A DNA stretch of 64,000 nt from Raillietiella orientalis (GCA_036172245.1 JAYWIR010000015.1:2232001-2296000), one strand, 5' to 3'. Positions 1 through 13,389 are shown, numbered from the stretch's first letter. The notes: generated from the letters alone by a model not told the origin. Numbers and translations: made by a program.

Positions 1-799
1 TTGACCATGCAAACAGGTGATTGGAGAATTTTCTCTAAAAATAATGAGCACAAATATTTGAAATAACTGCGCTGAAGTGTTCTCGATGACCATCACATTT
101 GGACTCGACGAAAAATGAAAGTAATAAAAAGTTGCTTTTTCGAGTACTTGTGAATCCGACAGCCATCATTCAAGGCAAAAGAATTTATTGTGATAGTGAA
201 AATGTAAAATAAATGATGTAATAAATTCAAACATCCGCGAAAATTTCTGAAAATTCAGAAATTCAAGTTGTAAGACTCGGAGAGACAAAAGAGTTTCTTT
301 GAAAACCAATTCACAATCTTTAATTAAACTCATGCAACTACAAAAGATCTGAGACGGGTTGACAAGGTTCCAGAGAGGAAGAATGTAACAAGGGAATCGA
401 TGCTTAAACGAGAAAGAAGCAGTAGGCTGTGTAGTGCCATTTATGGACATTTATGAGTCACCATCAACATGTTCTTAAAACATTGGATGCATTTCTCAGC
501 TCACGCGCACACGATTCTTGACTTTACAGACATTCATAAAGTTTTAATGACTTGCCAAACTCTAGCTTTCCGCGAAAGTGCTAAGCTCAACCGATTTGTT
601 GTAGGGCAGTTTCTCATAATTTTGAACAATGTTGTCGTGAAAAGCCGAAATCGATTTTGCAAACAGCAAAGCTGATTTGAAAAACAAGCAGAGGTGCACA
701 CAAGACGAATCATCAGCGTTTCTTTAATCGAGAATCTTTGTCGTAGCTCCGGCTCGAGCACCGTTCGAAAATAGAAGAATGATTTGTGGCTGTTCTTGA

Positions 800-1451
800 C
801 ATTTCCCGAAACCGATTCGTTCGTTTCTCTCTCTCTCTCTCTTCAGTTCCAAGGAATACACTCGAAAGTTATACGAATATTACTAGTTCGTTATCACAAT
901 TAACGTCCATCAGTCAGGCAATACAAGTATCGAAGGTTTTGAATGACCTTACTCTTATATCTAACAGCTGCACACAGCCAACAGTTAGTAGTGATGTCTC
1001 CCACTCTATCTGTCCTCTTATTGTAGGTGTGACGGAAGAATTTGAGAAGTATTCTGGAATTCTTCTCCAATAAGAAACCATACTGGAAGCAGGAAATGAA
1101 TGCAAAGCTTCAAATTCAGGATCTTCAAGAATTAGTCCAGTTGTGCTCTACAATCTTATAAGGATTGATTTTCACTGAAGTTTTTCACCTGATGCAGAGT
1201 TTTCGACTTCCCCTTGGACACCCCTAATCCTTCCCATTTTTCTGAGTTAATTTCTGCATCTGACCATTCAGTCCATGGAACAACGCGCTGAATCCCTTCG
1301 CCATGAGCATTTGAAGAGTGAAAAGACATGTTGACATCCAAAAAGTCGAAAGGTTTTTCAAGTCCTTACCTGGGAAACAGACACTAAGTAAATATGTACA
1401 GATTTGTCTCATTCGAGAGGTCTTCATAAGCATATTCCTACTCGGTGACAT
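800..1451 (-). mobile_element. Highly degenerate non-LTR retrotransposon (LINE) reverse transcriptase remnant
   Basis: Fragments across frames fall in RT motif order: FPGKDLKNLSTF (~KPGKDxxxPxNYRPISL), GVSKGKSKTLHQ (~GFRxGRSTxxQ), IPEYFSNSSVTPTIRG...VGCVQ (~SYLSxR..V...GVPQ). There are many stops and frameshifts, and the boundaries are approximate. Confidence 0.4.
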
Positions 1452-4400
1452 TCAAGAGTCACATAAAAATTGACTAAATCTATCCAAGGGCGAAAAAAAC
1501 AGTCTTTATTACTCATCTATTTTCTTTTTTTGAAAAATAGATCAGCTAGACATGGGTTAGCACGGATATGAGAGGAGTGGTTGTGTATAGAAGACCATGA
1601 AGTTTAGAAACTATAAATGAAATCCAAAATGAGTAAATGAGATACAATGGAGATAGATGTCATAATAAATACACAGAAGATGTTTTAAAATTAGTAATGG
1701 AACAAAAATTGAGATGCTAACTCACGGCAGTGCATCTGTGATGTTATCCCATAGCTAGTTATTAGACCGTTATCAGCGATATTTTTTTTTCTCAAAAAAA
1801 AAGTTTACTTGTGATGAAATAACATGTGGACATGTTTTTAATCAATACTGTTGTATTCATGGAGAAAATAATCGAAACAGGACAATTTGAATCCATATTC
1901 TGTTAATACGTTTATTTTTTGATAAAAAATCAAGGAATGATAGTAAATCTATGTTTAATGTTTAGTGAAATTTCAGAACATGAATTGCATTACCACTCTT
2001 GTATGAAGAGAATGCATCTTCCCAAGCATCGGAACATCGAGGTAATTGAAAAAAAAAAAAAAGTATCGAGTAAACTCTTTCACACAAACCAAGTGGAAAA
2101 TCCAAATGTTTCGACCAAAATGCTGCTCCCTGTATCCCAATTCTAATAAACGAATGAATTTGTAATCACTCCAATGAGTGCATTGCATTCGTTCTGTTTG
2201 CGAAGAAACGAAAAGCAGGCTGCAACTTGCTGAGCTGATCGGGGGCACTTGTCATCTTGTTGCATCTCCGGCATCACCAACCCCCATTATCAGAGTAAAA
2301 TGAAAAGTGGTTCATGACTAGAAGTGCAATAGAAAACTAAAGAACGATCTTTCTTCCTGATGGCAAATGTATTTTAAGCATGTTCGTTTCAATCGTTATT
2401 TCCAATTCTTTCTAGATGTTAAGAACTTTGTGCGAAAAAAACTTCGAAAGTTCAAGTCTTTGCAAAAGGATAGTTTTATGCATGGATGTAACATGCACAG
2501 CATTAAGATTCGTATATAGACAGCACAAATAATATTATGAGTGGGAGGATGTAAACAACACGGAGGTCTTCGGCAATAGAGATAGACTGGAAATATGATG
2601 ACAGATTCAAAAATAGAACGGGGTCTCAATCTTCAAACGTGACGATGGCAATACGTTGCACTGAAATTCACTAAATCCACACTCATGAAATTAGGTGCAC
2701 TCCAAAATGAAATCTAAAGAACTAAAGAGTATAATAATCTAAGGAAAATTTCTCGAGAAATCTTACATTGCAGGGGTATTTGCGTGAAGCTGCAAATCAC
2801 TTATGAGAGATTACTCTTTAAATTGAGTGAGAAGATCGTTCTAGACATTCTAGATGATCTGTGCAATCAAGTGAAAATTCGCACAAGTTATTCGTTCTGA
2901 AAAAAAGGATCAGAAACAGAATATCAAGAAATGCGATTCTGGAACTACTTTCTTTCAAAAATCCTACTTAGTAATGTTTTTTTTTTTTTTTGAAGAAAAA
3001 ACAAAACCAAATAGTTTTACTTCCTTACGCTAACCAGTAGCTTTCATACTGAACAGGAATTACATGTAGCCAATTTAACGATCAGTACGAAGCTCCAAGA
3101 TGAACCCGATGGTTCACGAACTAAGTAAAATTCTGTGAAATTCATGAGGGCGCTTATGATAAAATTGTTCAAAAAACGAATGAACTGTTACATCCATAGG
3201 AAGTTGCATTATAGCTCTTTTGAGGAATGAAATCGTGAGGGCACACGTTTGAATACAATTAAATGTTTTAAACTAAAAAAAATGCATCACTGTTAATTTT
3301 GGATCATACAGAAGTTTCCGGATGTAAGTTTACCTTGAATTTACTGACTTTACTGCATCCTTATGGTGAAGATGCTTTTTAAGCAAACATTTGAAAGAAT
3401 TCAAAGAAATCAGTCGATACAATACAATTCGGAAAAAAACAAAGCTGTTAAAGGTCAAGTCAAGCTAAATCTGTTTACTCTATTTCCTTTGCTTAATAAA
3501 TGGCGATTAACGATTGAATTAATAGTAGATAGCGAATGTGACTTCCGTTTGTGACTATATCCGAAGCATTCATGTACTTAGATAAATAAGCCCTTTCCAA
3601 AGCATAACAAGTCGAAAAGATTGGTGTGTTTTACTAAACCGAAAAAGAAAGAACTATTTTTCTCTATTTATTGCCATCATGTCTGACAGAAGTTGCTTTA
3701 AATAAAATGGACACAGCATCGAACGCACGCACAAAATAAATAAATAACAGGAAATTATATATTTTCTACACTTTCAATCTTTTGCAGACGTACAGTACAT
3801 TCAAAAAGACGGTAACACTGACTTGTTCTTAAAGTTTATGATATTGTAGACAACATGTCATGATTCGTTGTGACCGAGGGTCATGAATGATCTGCTGGAG
3901 ATCTTTAAAAGGCATACAATGCTACAAAGTAGGTGACAGTATTAGAGGTGTTGATATTCCTATTCTCGAGTGTTCTCATTAGCAAAACGGTAACGTTTTC
4001 AGATTTCAAAAATTCAGTCATTTCGAAAACAAATCATGAATCATTGCTACAACTGATCTCTAAAATTAAAATGAGTTAAAAGTCATGAAGTTGTATATTA
4101 AGCATCAAATGGTATACTCTATTAAAGAAGAAACAATAAATTTTCAACATCTTACAAGACATAATTTTAGGAAGTTTTTATTCTGTCGTCTTAAAATGAA
4201 ATCGAGCATTCTCATTTGTTCTCATTGAATACATAGAATTATAAATCACCTTTTTACGCTGAGCCGGGAACTTCAAATCATTCGAATGTCGTCGACTAAA
4301 CACGTGATCGAAAATCGTGAAGTGAATTACACTATTAAACAAACTACAACTTATTCACTACTAAGTAATTTAAGGCATTTGGACTGACACTACATTGGTG

Positions 4401-4699
4401 TACGTTAATTCTTCTACAGTAATTTTATGGAATGTTGGTTAATGATTCCCCAATTTGCAAACATTTTGATTAATTTATGCAAATGCTCTTTGATAGCTAA
4501 AATTCTATTTCATAGCTTCAAGTAAATATGAACACCACATTTTGCATAAAGAGTTGCTTGTATTTAGAAATTAGACGCCAAAACACAACAAACAGCACTA
4601 GCAAATATTTGGATTTTGCTTACCCTAAAGGAAACAGATTTCAAGTCTCTCTGAACTAACGGGAACTAATTTGTGTCGGATTGTGTGTGGATATCTTAT

Positions 4700-5100
4700 T
4701 TTCACCAGTGGTATAATAACCACCAGAATCACCAATGTGCCATAAAGGAAGACAATGCAAGATCAGATATTACAGGTGGAATCATTTGCGCAATTGAATG
4801 CGCCTCAGCGCATTGTTACGGCATGCCTTGTTGTCATGACAGCGGGGAACGGGGAAACCTTGCGTTGGCTTCCCTTTTCGCCAGGTGACTTCCCCAACTG
4901 GCCATCGACGCGAATGTAATGCAGGAGCAAAGGCGTTGTTTCTATTCAATAACGATAGGAAACATATTCGCCATCATATAGGGAGAGCATGTGGCTTTTG
5001 GAAAACGGCACCAGACGAGTCGAAACACCCAAGAACACTCCAGTTCTTTTTTTCACCAACATTGCCCAACGGAACAAAGAATACACTTTCTTGAAAAATT
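4700..5100 (-). mobile_element. Degenerate LINE RT fragment
   Basis: Locally GC-richer island. The minus strand gives VDGQLGKS followed, after a frameshift, by QGFPVP (~VNG..S....RQGxPLSP), preceded by CFDS (~AFDS). Confidence 0.3.
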
Positions 5101-5944
5101 GGTGCTACGCGAGCAAATACTACGAAAAACTCCTCTTCTGCAAATTCACATTAAGTTTGAAGTTTTGATGGTTTCTTGGTTTTGAAAAATGATCAGGAAC
5201 TATTTAGAAGTGTTGTATGATTAAGATATGGAAAAGAACGAGCTGATAATTCCATCACTTAATACATCATGCTAATGTAGTGATCGAAAGATTGAAACAG
5301 ATCTTTTGTTTCCTCAGAACTTTGCAGGGGAAACTTTTGCTTTTGCCTTTTACTCGGTTTGATAACTACAGTTCATGGCATTCTTCGTGCACGGGATTTG
5401 TGGTATTCCCTTTCCTACTCAAGAAGAAACTTCAAGCTCATCTCTGAAAGAAACATCTATGGGAAACACGTATTGGTGGATTCGCTCAAATTGACAAATC
5501 TACACAGCGAGTATGCTAAAGCAATCAGCAAAGAACGTTTTGATTACTGGGTCTATATGCCACTCAAATTACTTTGTGGTGATAGTACGGAACAAATGTT
5601 CACCTTATTCAACAAATTAATTCGTGAATAAAAAAAAGAATTCCCTTTTGTAATTCCATATTCATTTTGTGATTATAATGCTGCTACGTAAACTTTAATT
5701 AAATGGATCTTTAAATTGAATTCCATCCTTGAGAACTCGTAAAGCTCTCCTGCTCATTATTTTCGATTACAAAATTTTAATAATGTTATTAAATTTTACT
5801 GGATGACCGAATCACTAGTGAAGAGTAGTTTTTTACTTCACACTCTCTATTAAGCAAAACACATGAAATCTACAGTTAACATGTATCAGGGCATTCTGCA
5901 TTCCTATGAGTCACCGTTCCAAGTTATATACTCCCTCTATGGTC

Positions 5945-7000
5945 TCACAAGAGTCCAAATTCCATACATATGAGAACTGTTGCCAACCTGACGGAAGCTT
6001 TATAGCTCTTCTTTACATCCTCTTCGCTAGTGCAGAGATATTCCCTTAGGCTTCCTTTGGAGACTCTGTAAATGGGATGATATTCATAATTATTTGTATT
6101 TCCAGTAGAGATGCTAATCGGTTGGTTCCACATTGGTGAAGACCATCTCTTGCTGCTAAAAACTACCTCGCCGATTACCAGTTGCGACTCCCAACAAGAT
6201 TTCTCTTCATGCATTCCCCAATTTCGGTGTAAGATTGGTGTAAGATCTTTCCTTTGGTGGTAAGATGACACCTCCGCCTTAGTATACGAAGCATCCGTGG
6301 CCACACTTTTAATCCTGGCAGTGAATAAGTCCGCACAGAAGACGGGACTCCTGTTCTTCCTGCTAGCAGTATTTTCCTGAGAGGCACTCGATGCCAGCTG
6401 CGACCCACGGATCTTAGGATGCTTCTAGGTCTTCCCTTTAAATCCTCGTCTTGGAACACGGGATTCTGTTCCCAAAATTCTGCATTGAAACGGACGAAGT
6501 CTTTCTGAAGTATAAGGACTTTAGTGGACTGCTGCCTTCGGTCGATGAAAAAGAATAAAACTCCTCTGCTTTTGAGCATGCGCCTGTCTGTCGATATGAA
6601 CCCTAGAGAGCTGATTAAGGTGGCATGTACAATAAATCCTGGATCCTGTCTCAATTTTTCCTCTCAGACCATCCTGTACGCTTTGGAAGTATACGTTCCA
6701 AGATAGTGGTTCAGCAAGAGAGCGGGGTGCAACCAACCCTGCATGAGGCGAAGGCTTTCACTTCGAAATGTGGCATCACTCTGAAATGAGTTTATCGTTA
6801 ACACCACCTGAGGTGTTCAGTATTGCTTTATGCATTTATGACATCTGCTTCCATTTTTCAGCAAAAATCTCTACAATATTTCGAACAGCCCTCGTGAAAG
6901 CAAGTAAATAGAACCGAACAAGAATTTTCCGAGTCAGCAGAATAATTTTCATGGGTATTTCGATTCTTTTTACAAATCATTCGCCATTTTCAGTTATTAA
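5945..7000 (-). mobile_element. DIRS-like retrotransposon RT/RNase H remnant
   Basis: Minus strand, in order: EADVINA*SN (~KxDIxxAYR), TLISSLGF (~LxxLGF), RSILRSVGR (~RxLxSLLG), ATDAS (RNase H first acidic motif), then FSSKRWS (~FSGxWS). The frame is disrupted and no tyrosine recombinase was recognised. Confidence 0.5.
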
Positions 7001-8528
7001 CAATTTTTCCTCCGTTCTTGAGTTATTGTGTCATGAAATTCAGATTCGGATAAACACTCAGGGAGTAGGATAGTTAACTCAACGATCATGGCAGCTTCTG
7101 CAAAAGCAAAAATTCAAAATTAGATCCATTTTAGAAAAGATTTGATCTTTCCGAGCTATCTAGAGTCTCTCAGCATACCTGCCTGGTTGTATAAAACTTC
7201 AAATATTGTTCCCATCATTGAGTGTTCTATTAGTCGTTCTTCGTATCCGATATGCAGAGTCGAAAATTAATTTCAGGGGTTTTGTAGCTTCACATCGATT
7301 GCTGGACCGGCTGGATTTTGCGTCTGGTAATACGTTAAGAAATGCAAATTCCGAATCGAAAATCCCTTTCCTAGGATCCTGTTTTCTTCATTGTGTATCT
7401 CGTATTATGGGAAATATCAGTCATGGAAACGAGTTGAAGCCCCTCTTGTTTCATTTAAAACTTGTTTATTGGTTTACTCCGTTCGTTGTCTTAAATCGCC
7501 TTTTAGTTGGAAATTTTTCTTCCTATGAAATGTTCTCAGATCATTGATTTGCAAGGCGCGAGAGGCATTCCTATGAAACGCCTCTCGCATCTGCAGCATC
7601 AGTGATGTGTACAAAAGCTATTTGATTAGCTGTCCTCGGCTACCTACCTTGTTGGCACTCATGTTGAGAATATTTGACATCAGCCACTCCGAATCCTAAA
7701 AGTGGTCGAAAGACTCGTCGCCAATTTTTTTGATCAAAATCATTTGAAGCGCAAGTTTCCGATAGTATCGAAAACGTAAGCTTCTTAATGATTGTGTTGA
7801 TGATTCCCCTAGAGAAACTGCTTCATCATGAGATCAAGCTTTCTATATGGAAATAGAATCTTATAAAGTATGGTGATTTTCAGTTTGTTTTATTTGAAGA
7901 TTTGCATTCGTGTTTCGTCCAAACAAACCGAAAAACCAATTCCATCTAACTTGCAATATTTGCAGGATTTTTTTTTTTTTTTTTCAAATTGATTTAAAAA
8001 TATTGGTTTTGTTTATGTAAAGCAAAAAATATTTGAGACTCAATTAAGAGAACCAAGCATAATATCTAGAGATATATTCATTTGAATTCCAAAACAGAAA
8101 TTGAAGTACATGTGTCCATGGGTGCACTAGTATTTTTGATATCCATTATTTCGCTATCTGTATTATTTGTAACCATTTAAAGATCTAGAACTGAAAATAG
8201 GGATGAGCATTTCCTGCAACCTACATTTTTTTTTTCCATTTTCAGACTCTTGCTTAAATTATTTACAAAATTTAGAAAAAAATGAGTAGTGCAGCGAAAT
8301 GATTTATTAGAATCTATTGAAGCTTTCTCGATATGATTATGGAAAAGCCCTCAACTTCTAGTCATTGGAAGTAAGAATAGGAATGTTTTATCTACTAAGC
8401 ATCATCTTTCTCTCAGAGTCCACAGTGGTGCTTAATATGTTTCGAGCATTATCAATTCCAGTTTATAATCTTTCTCGGTTTCCGCGGTTGCAATTCACAA
8501 GTGTCATGTTCATTTAGGTAGGTCAAAT

Positions 8529-8546
8529 GGGGGGGGGGGGGGGGGG
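8529..8546 (+). repeat. G18 homopolymer
   Basis: 18 consecutive G in an AT-rich background. Confidence 0.9.
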
Positions 8547-9033
8547 TGAAGGGATTACGCATTATATCGGCAATATCTTGAATATGTGTATGACCCATTG
8601 AGAACAAGAATTCATAAAAAAATTAATGAATGAAAGTCTCTTAATCGATTTTGTACTCCCTCTTTTTTTTTTCCTCTAAGCTAAAAAGCTGCCCGAAGAG
8701 CTCAAATTCGTTAAAGGTACGTCGTCATGATACCGACAAGCGCTATATTTTCATGTAATTTCCATCTTCCACCTGACATAAGGAAACAGATATCCCTAAT
8801 GGATAAAAGTCCTCTCAGTCTATAGAAGTCAATTTTTTCAATGATTTAGTCATCTCGTCATCATTCTTAATTTCGTCCCCAAATATCATCTTTCTGAATA
8901 TTGGGCGAAATCCAAGCTATATGGTTTATGGAAGAAAACAGTTCAGAGCAGTTTTGCAATGGTTTTTGCGGTCCACTAACTGATCTGAAGCTTAGCATTA
9001 GAATGCAAGAGAAATACAGTTACCATTTTCGTC

Positions 9034-9069
9034 ATCAATCAGGCAGAAGGTTCAATCTGCCTGATTGAT
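9034..9069. repeat. Perfect 14-bp inverted repeat, 8-nt loop
   Basis: ATCAATCAGGCAGA-aggttcaa-TCTGCCTGATTGAT. Confidence 0.9.
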
Positions 9070-9763
9070 TCCTAAGTGCCATTATAGCGACTGTAAGATA
9101 TGACACATAGATTCACTCCGAATGATTTCACTGGAAGAAGCGGCGCTCATTATCTGGTGTGTAAGCCAAGATTGGGTAGCCTCTGCTTTGCTCCTCTTCC
9201 ATGTTGACATTCCCTTTTTCCAACAGTCTTACACGGTCCTTCTAGTCTGCTTTTATGAGTGATGCAGACGCGCTGAGTTTTTTGAAGCATCAATGGACAC
9301 CTCCAGTTTCCTCTTCAGCCGTTTAAATCACGATGAAAGTTCTTCACTGTACCTTGCTTTCCAATGGCATTCAAATTCACCGTAGTAATGACAACTGGAG
9401 GATCATCCCGAATGTGTGCTATCAAAGGATGGATGTTCTAAAATGATGTACAGCAAAGTTTACCGGCTTTTGATGATTTTTGGCCAATTAGAAAATATGG
9501 AGTTGTCGCGTTGAGTATGATAGAATATTTCGTGTAAAGTATTTTTTAACTGAAACTATTAATTGATAAGAATCTCAATGGTACCGATAAATTACTGAGA
9601 ATTCAATGTTAAACTATCTGAAGGTAACAACTTAAGTAGCATCTAAACTCAATAAAACAGCGTGTACTAAAAGTATGGATCTCGATAATCCAAACTGATA
9701 GTCAGCCATCGTTATCCATAGTTGTTTATACCGGCCTATTTCTGGCATCTCACTCACTGATCG

Positions 9764-9817
9764 AATCCTTCCACTGCCCATTAGTGATTCCTATCACTAA
9801 TGGGCAGTGGAAGGATT
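9764..9817. repeat. Perfect 25-bp inverted repeat, 4-nt loop
   Basis: AATCCTTCCACTGCCCATTAGTGAT-tcct-ATCACTAATGGGCAGTGGAAGGATT. Confidence 0.95.
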
Positions 9818-10074
9818 AGCCATTCTATATTAATCTCAGTCTCCAGATAAGTACTGGAGTTATGGAACAATTTAAAGATTTCTAAAACATGATTCTGTCT
9901 GAATTCGTTTTACATGAGTTACGTTTCCATAATTAGAATTTTATAGTCCATTCGTTGACTCATCCTAGCTGACTTGGTATGCTTTGAGTTCTCGGTGTTT
10001 ATCGAGTCAACTGAAAATGTATGAATTTTTTTTGAAAAAATTCGTAGCAACCTTTATTGCGTATTTTCAAAATA

Positions 10075-10301
10075 CTTTAATTTCAAAAGTGAATACCAGA
10101 TATCAAGACAAGTAGGTTCTTGAGAACTCAGTGCTATACTCCAAGACTAAAGAGAGAATAAATATGATGCATAATAACGTCAGAGGAAAATCGGACTTCA
10201 AAAAAGATTGCTACTTAAGTTTATTGAACATTTTCAAATCAGTTTCTTGAAAAATAGGACAAGTAAAACGTTTGCTGTGTGCATGCAAGAATGGGTATCT
10301 G
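10075..10301 (+). repeat. ~225-bp direct duplication, copy 1 (copy 2 at 13164-13389)
   Basis: CTTTAAnTTCAAAAGTGAATACCAGATATC...GCAAGAATGGGTATCTG occurs twice. By eye the copies differ by about three substitutions and one A-run length. Confidence 0.95.
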
Positions 10302-11833
10302 TTGAGAGAATAAGTAATACAAGCATTTCTAAATAGGATGCTAATTTTTCTGCATGTCGATTCAAAGCACCGACGTGAATGACTACCGGTTTTTTACACA
10401 TCCCATAGAGGAAAAACCATAGCCTTGCACTTTTTTTGCATTTTGAAAGCTTTGAGTAGCAGCAAGAGGTAGAGCATTCCAATAAGTGGCCTATGGTTGG
10501 GGATTATCGTATAAAATGTACTTAATGTACCTAAAGTAAACCTAATTGAACATTAGATGACCGTACTGGTAGGACTTGAAGATTATGAAACGTATTGTTT
10601 TCGTTCAATATCCTGTTAGCAGAATGAGACTTTACATCAGAACTATGAAGTTTGGCACCACATTTATCATGATAAGGAAAAATAATTGATAGTCACTAGT
10701 ATCAGAAAAGTCTCCTCTATCCATGACTTCTACAAAATCGTCTCTTCGAAAAATTGATTTTTCTAAATTGAATTGCAAGGCAATGCATCACAGTATCAGG
10801 TTTCCGTCCTTACGTGCAAATAGTAATGAATTTATTTTCGTACGACGATAAAGTACATCGTTCAGCATCCTTTTGTTCCAGAGCAGCCACATATGTGATA
10901 CTTTTTAGAATAGTTGGAAAAGTGTATGAAGAAATTGACAGCTAACTTTTTTTTTGTTTTTTTTTGCACAAACTTGAAATCCTTAAGAGCTATTGAACAT
11001 CCCAGCCCCTTCCTGAAGTCATGCAGGCATATGCTTGGCATCCAATGAAGTTTAGAGATAACAGAGTGTGATAGATGCAACGATGATTCTTGAAATTGAA
11101 TTTTATTACGCAAGACATTTATTGACTGTCAGCTCCTCTCGCGTACTTATATAATAGTTATACTAATATTTCCACTTTAATACTTATACTTCTTGGGCTA
11201 CTAATATCAAGTATTGCTACTTTCTAAATCTGGTAGCTGGTCTAATATTTTGTAGAACAGTTTTACTCCTTTAAAAGTCAGTAAACGAATACGGAAGATA
11301 GAAACACATCAAGATGATCAGGGCTAAAAAGTAATACAGTAATAAGTTTGTTTTCTTCATAAAAAATTAAATTAATGAATGATGTAAGCGAAAACATCCT
11401 CATGTGCAGGTCATTGCTAATCTGGTTTGTTAGCTGTTGATGGTATTCTTTTATATGCTACGCTTTCGCAAGTGAACGTATTGCAAGAACAGTGGAGTAT
11501 CAACTTTTTCAGAAATTTGTCGAGTCTGTCGACATTTTCGACGTAATTCCCAAAACATAAATGTGTGATGAGGAGCAAGGAAACCGATTAGCGCAAAATC
11601 TAGTCAAATGTGTTTCTCATCAAAGGATTCTACAGCAAGGCGATTGCACAATACGGGTTGAAGCGTTTGAATGTCGAGTTGTACAAGCGGAACGACAAAG
11701 TACAATGTAAATTTCGTGTCTTCGTAATTGAGAATTGGCAATCATCGGATTATTTTTAGGAAATGAAGAAGTGACTCTCATCTAAACACGTGATGTATGT
11801 GGACAATCAGCGTTAAGAAGGGCATGCACAAAG

Positions 11834-12896
11834 ATGTCCGAAATTTTACAAAAGGAGTTTATGCTCAATAAACTGGACACTTTGAAAGAAATTAGGTAAA
11901 TCAACCAGTGCCTGTTAAAAGTACAAATGATCGCTACTGATGGTTAACTCTTGCAAACCAATGACACGAAACTGCAGAAATGATGTGGTTAATTTGTGTT
12001 TTAAAATGTTGGAATTATTTTATTGTATAGCAAATAATGTATCGAATTTTTTGTTCGATAATTGGAAACGCATTATTACGTTGTGTAATTAATACTTTTG
12101 TATCTGATTTTCACCAGGGAAAAGATGATCCAACTTGAAAATATAAAAAATAACCTTTTGACGGAGATAGATAAACACCAAGTGGAAGACAAGATTCTGT
12201 TAGAATACCGACGCGAAATGGAACTTCTTCTTCAAGAAAAAATGGCTCATGTGGAAGAATTGCGACAAATCCATGCAGATATAAATGCTGTAAGTTTGTG
12301 TATTATTAGTGTTAGTATCCCTTGTCCTTCATGTTACAAGATGGAATCCATTATCAAGCAGTCCGAAGCTGCCCAAAATTCTGCTTTATTGGTTGCTAAA
12401 CAGCTTATAGAAGACTACCAACCACTGAAAATTGAGATAGATGACATGAGGCAAAGTGTTTTTGGTTTAGAGAAGTTGCCTGACCTTTCAGTAGCACATT
12501 TTATGAAAAATAGGTAAAATTGGAGAGTTATGTACATCATTTGCTTTTCTCTTTAAGCAGCATGGGAAAAACAAATGCCGAGTGGTGTCAAGCAACTGAT
12601 TCATTAATAGCAAAATCCTTTTCTATAGCTCAGAACTATTCTGTACCATCACATTCTTTGTCAGTTTCTCATGCTAAATTAGATCTCTGTGAACCACCCA
12701 TTTCTGCTACATCATTTAGGTAAATCATTTATTATGATGCCATAATTCATTGTTCTGTAGGCAGCAACCACCACCAATGAAATCTTGTCTGTCTTGCCAT
12801 CAGCAAATTCACCGTAATGCTCCCATTTGCCCTCTCTGTAAGGCAAAATCAAGGTCAAGAAATCCAAAAAAACCAAAGAAATCCAAAGAATGCTAA
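11834..12896 (+). CDS. ZC4H2: Zinc finger C4H2 domain-containing protein (5 exons)
   Basis: Exons 11834-11895, 12118-12289, 12341-12513, 12561(or 12558)-12719, 12761-12896, all GT-AG. The protein has [24 protein letters not shown] and the C-terminal [41 protein letters not shown], nearly identical to ZC4H2. Confidence 0.97.
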
Positions 12897-13163
12897 GTAG
12901 ACCATCAAATGCACACATTCTTTGCTCCAAAGGAAACCATTCTGTGCATGTTCCCGTTAATGGAATACATTCTGATACCTAGCGTTAGAAACCATGGGAT
13001 GTGTGTATGTAAGAGAATTCAAGTAATGCATTTGCTGACTTACTCTGCAATGCATACAAATTACTTATCAAAGAGTAAGCATAACATGTCAGTGCTAATT
13101 TACTGATGTGAAGAGAAACAAAATTCCTAACAGAAACAGCCCTCCTGTGAAAGTGTTGACTCC

Positions 13164-13389
13164 CTTTAAGTTCAAAAGTGAATACCAGATATCAAGACAA
13201 GTAGGTTCTTGAGAACTCAGTGCTATACTCCAAGACTAAAGAGAGCATGAATATGATGCATAATAACGTCAGAGGAAAATCGGACTTCAAAAAGATTGCT
13301 ACTTAAGTTTATTGAACATTTTCAAATCAGTTTCTTGAAAAATAGGACAAGTAAAACGTTTGCTGTGTGCATGCAAGAATGGGTATCTG
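13164..13389 (+). repeat. ~225-bp direct duplication, copy 2, between the convergent ZC4H2 and RBM42 3' ends
   Basis: Near-identical to 10075-10301. Confidence 0.95.
13308..13313 (-). terminator. Candidate poly(A) signal (AATAAA) for RBM42
   Basis: First minus-strand AATAAA I found downstream of the RBM42 stop, about 400 nt away. Confidence 0.5.

Noticed and set aside
1919..4600. Short ORFs of 60-90 aa in AT-rich DNA (also at 15-18 kb, 22-25 kb and 41-46 kb)
   Set aside because: No recognisable motifs, composition typical of random AT-rich frames, and no consistent exon chain.
7558..7588. GC-rich 9-bp stem (GCGAGAGGC/GCCTCTCGC) as a Helitron 3' hairpin
   Set aside because: No CTRR terminus at the expected distance, and the stem is too short to be significant alone.
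9100..9430. Possible LTR-retrotransposon RNase H remnant on the minus strand (FKRLKRKLEVSIDASK)
   Set aside because: Only one short motif, too decayed to support a call.
12555..12560. NAGNAG acceptor (AAGCAG) in ZC4H2
   Set aside because: Changes one Ser in a variable linker; common and probably inconsequential.
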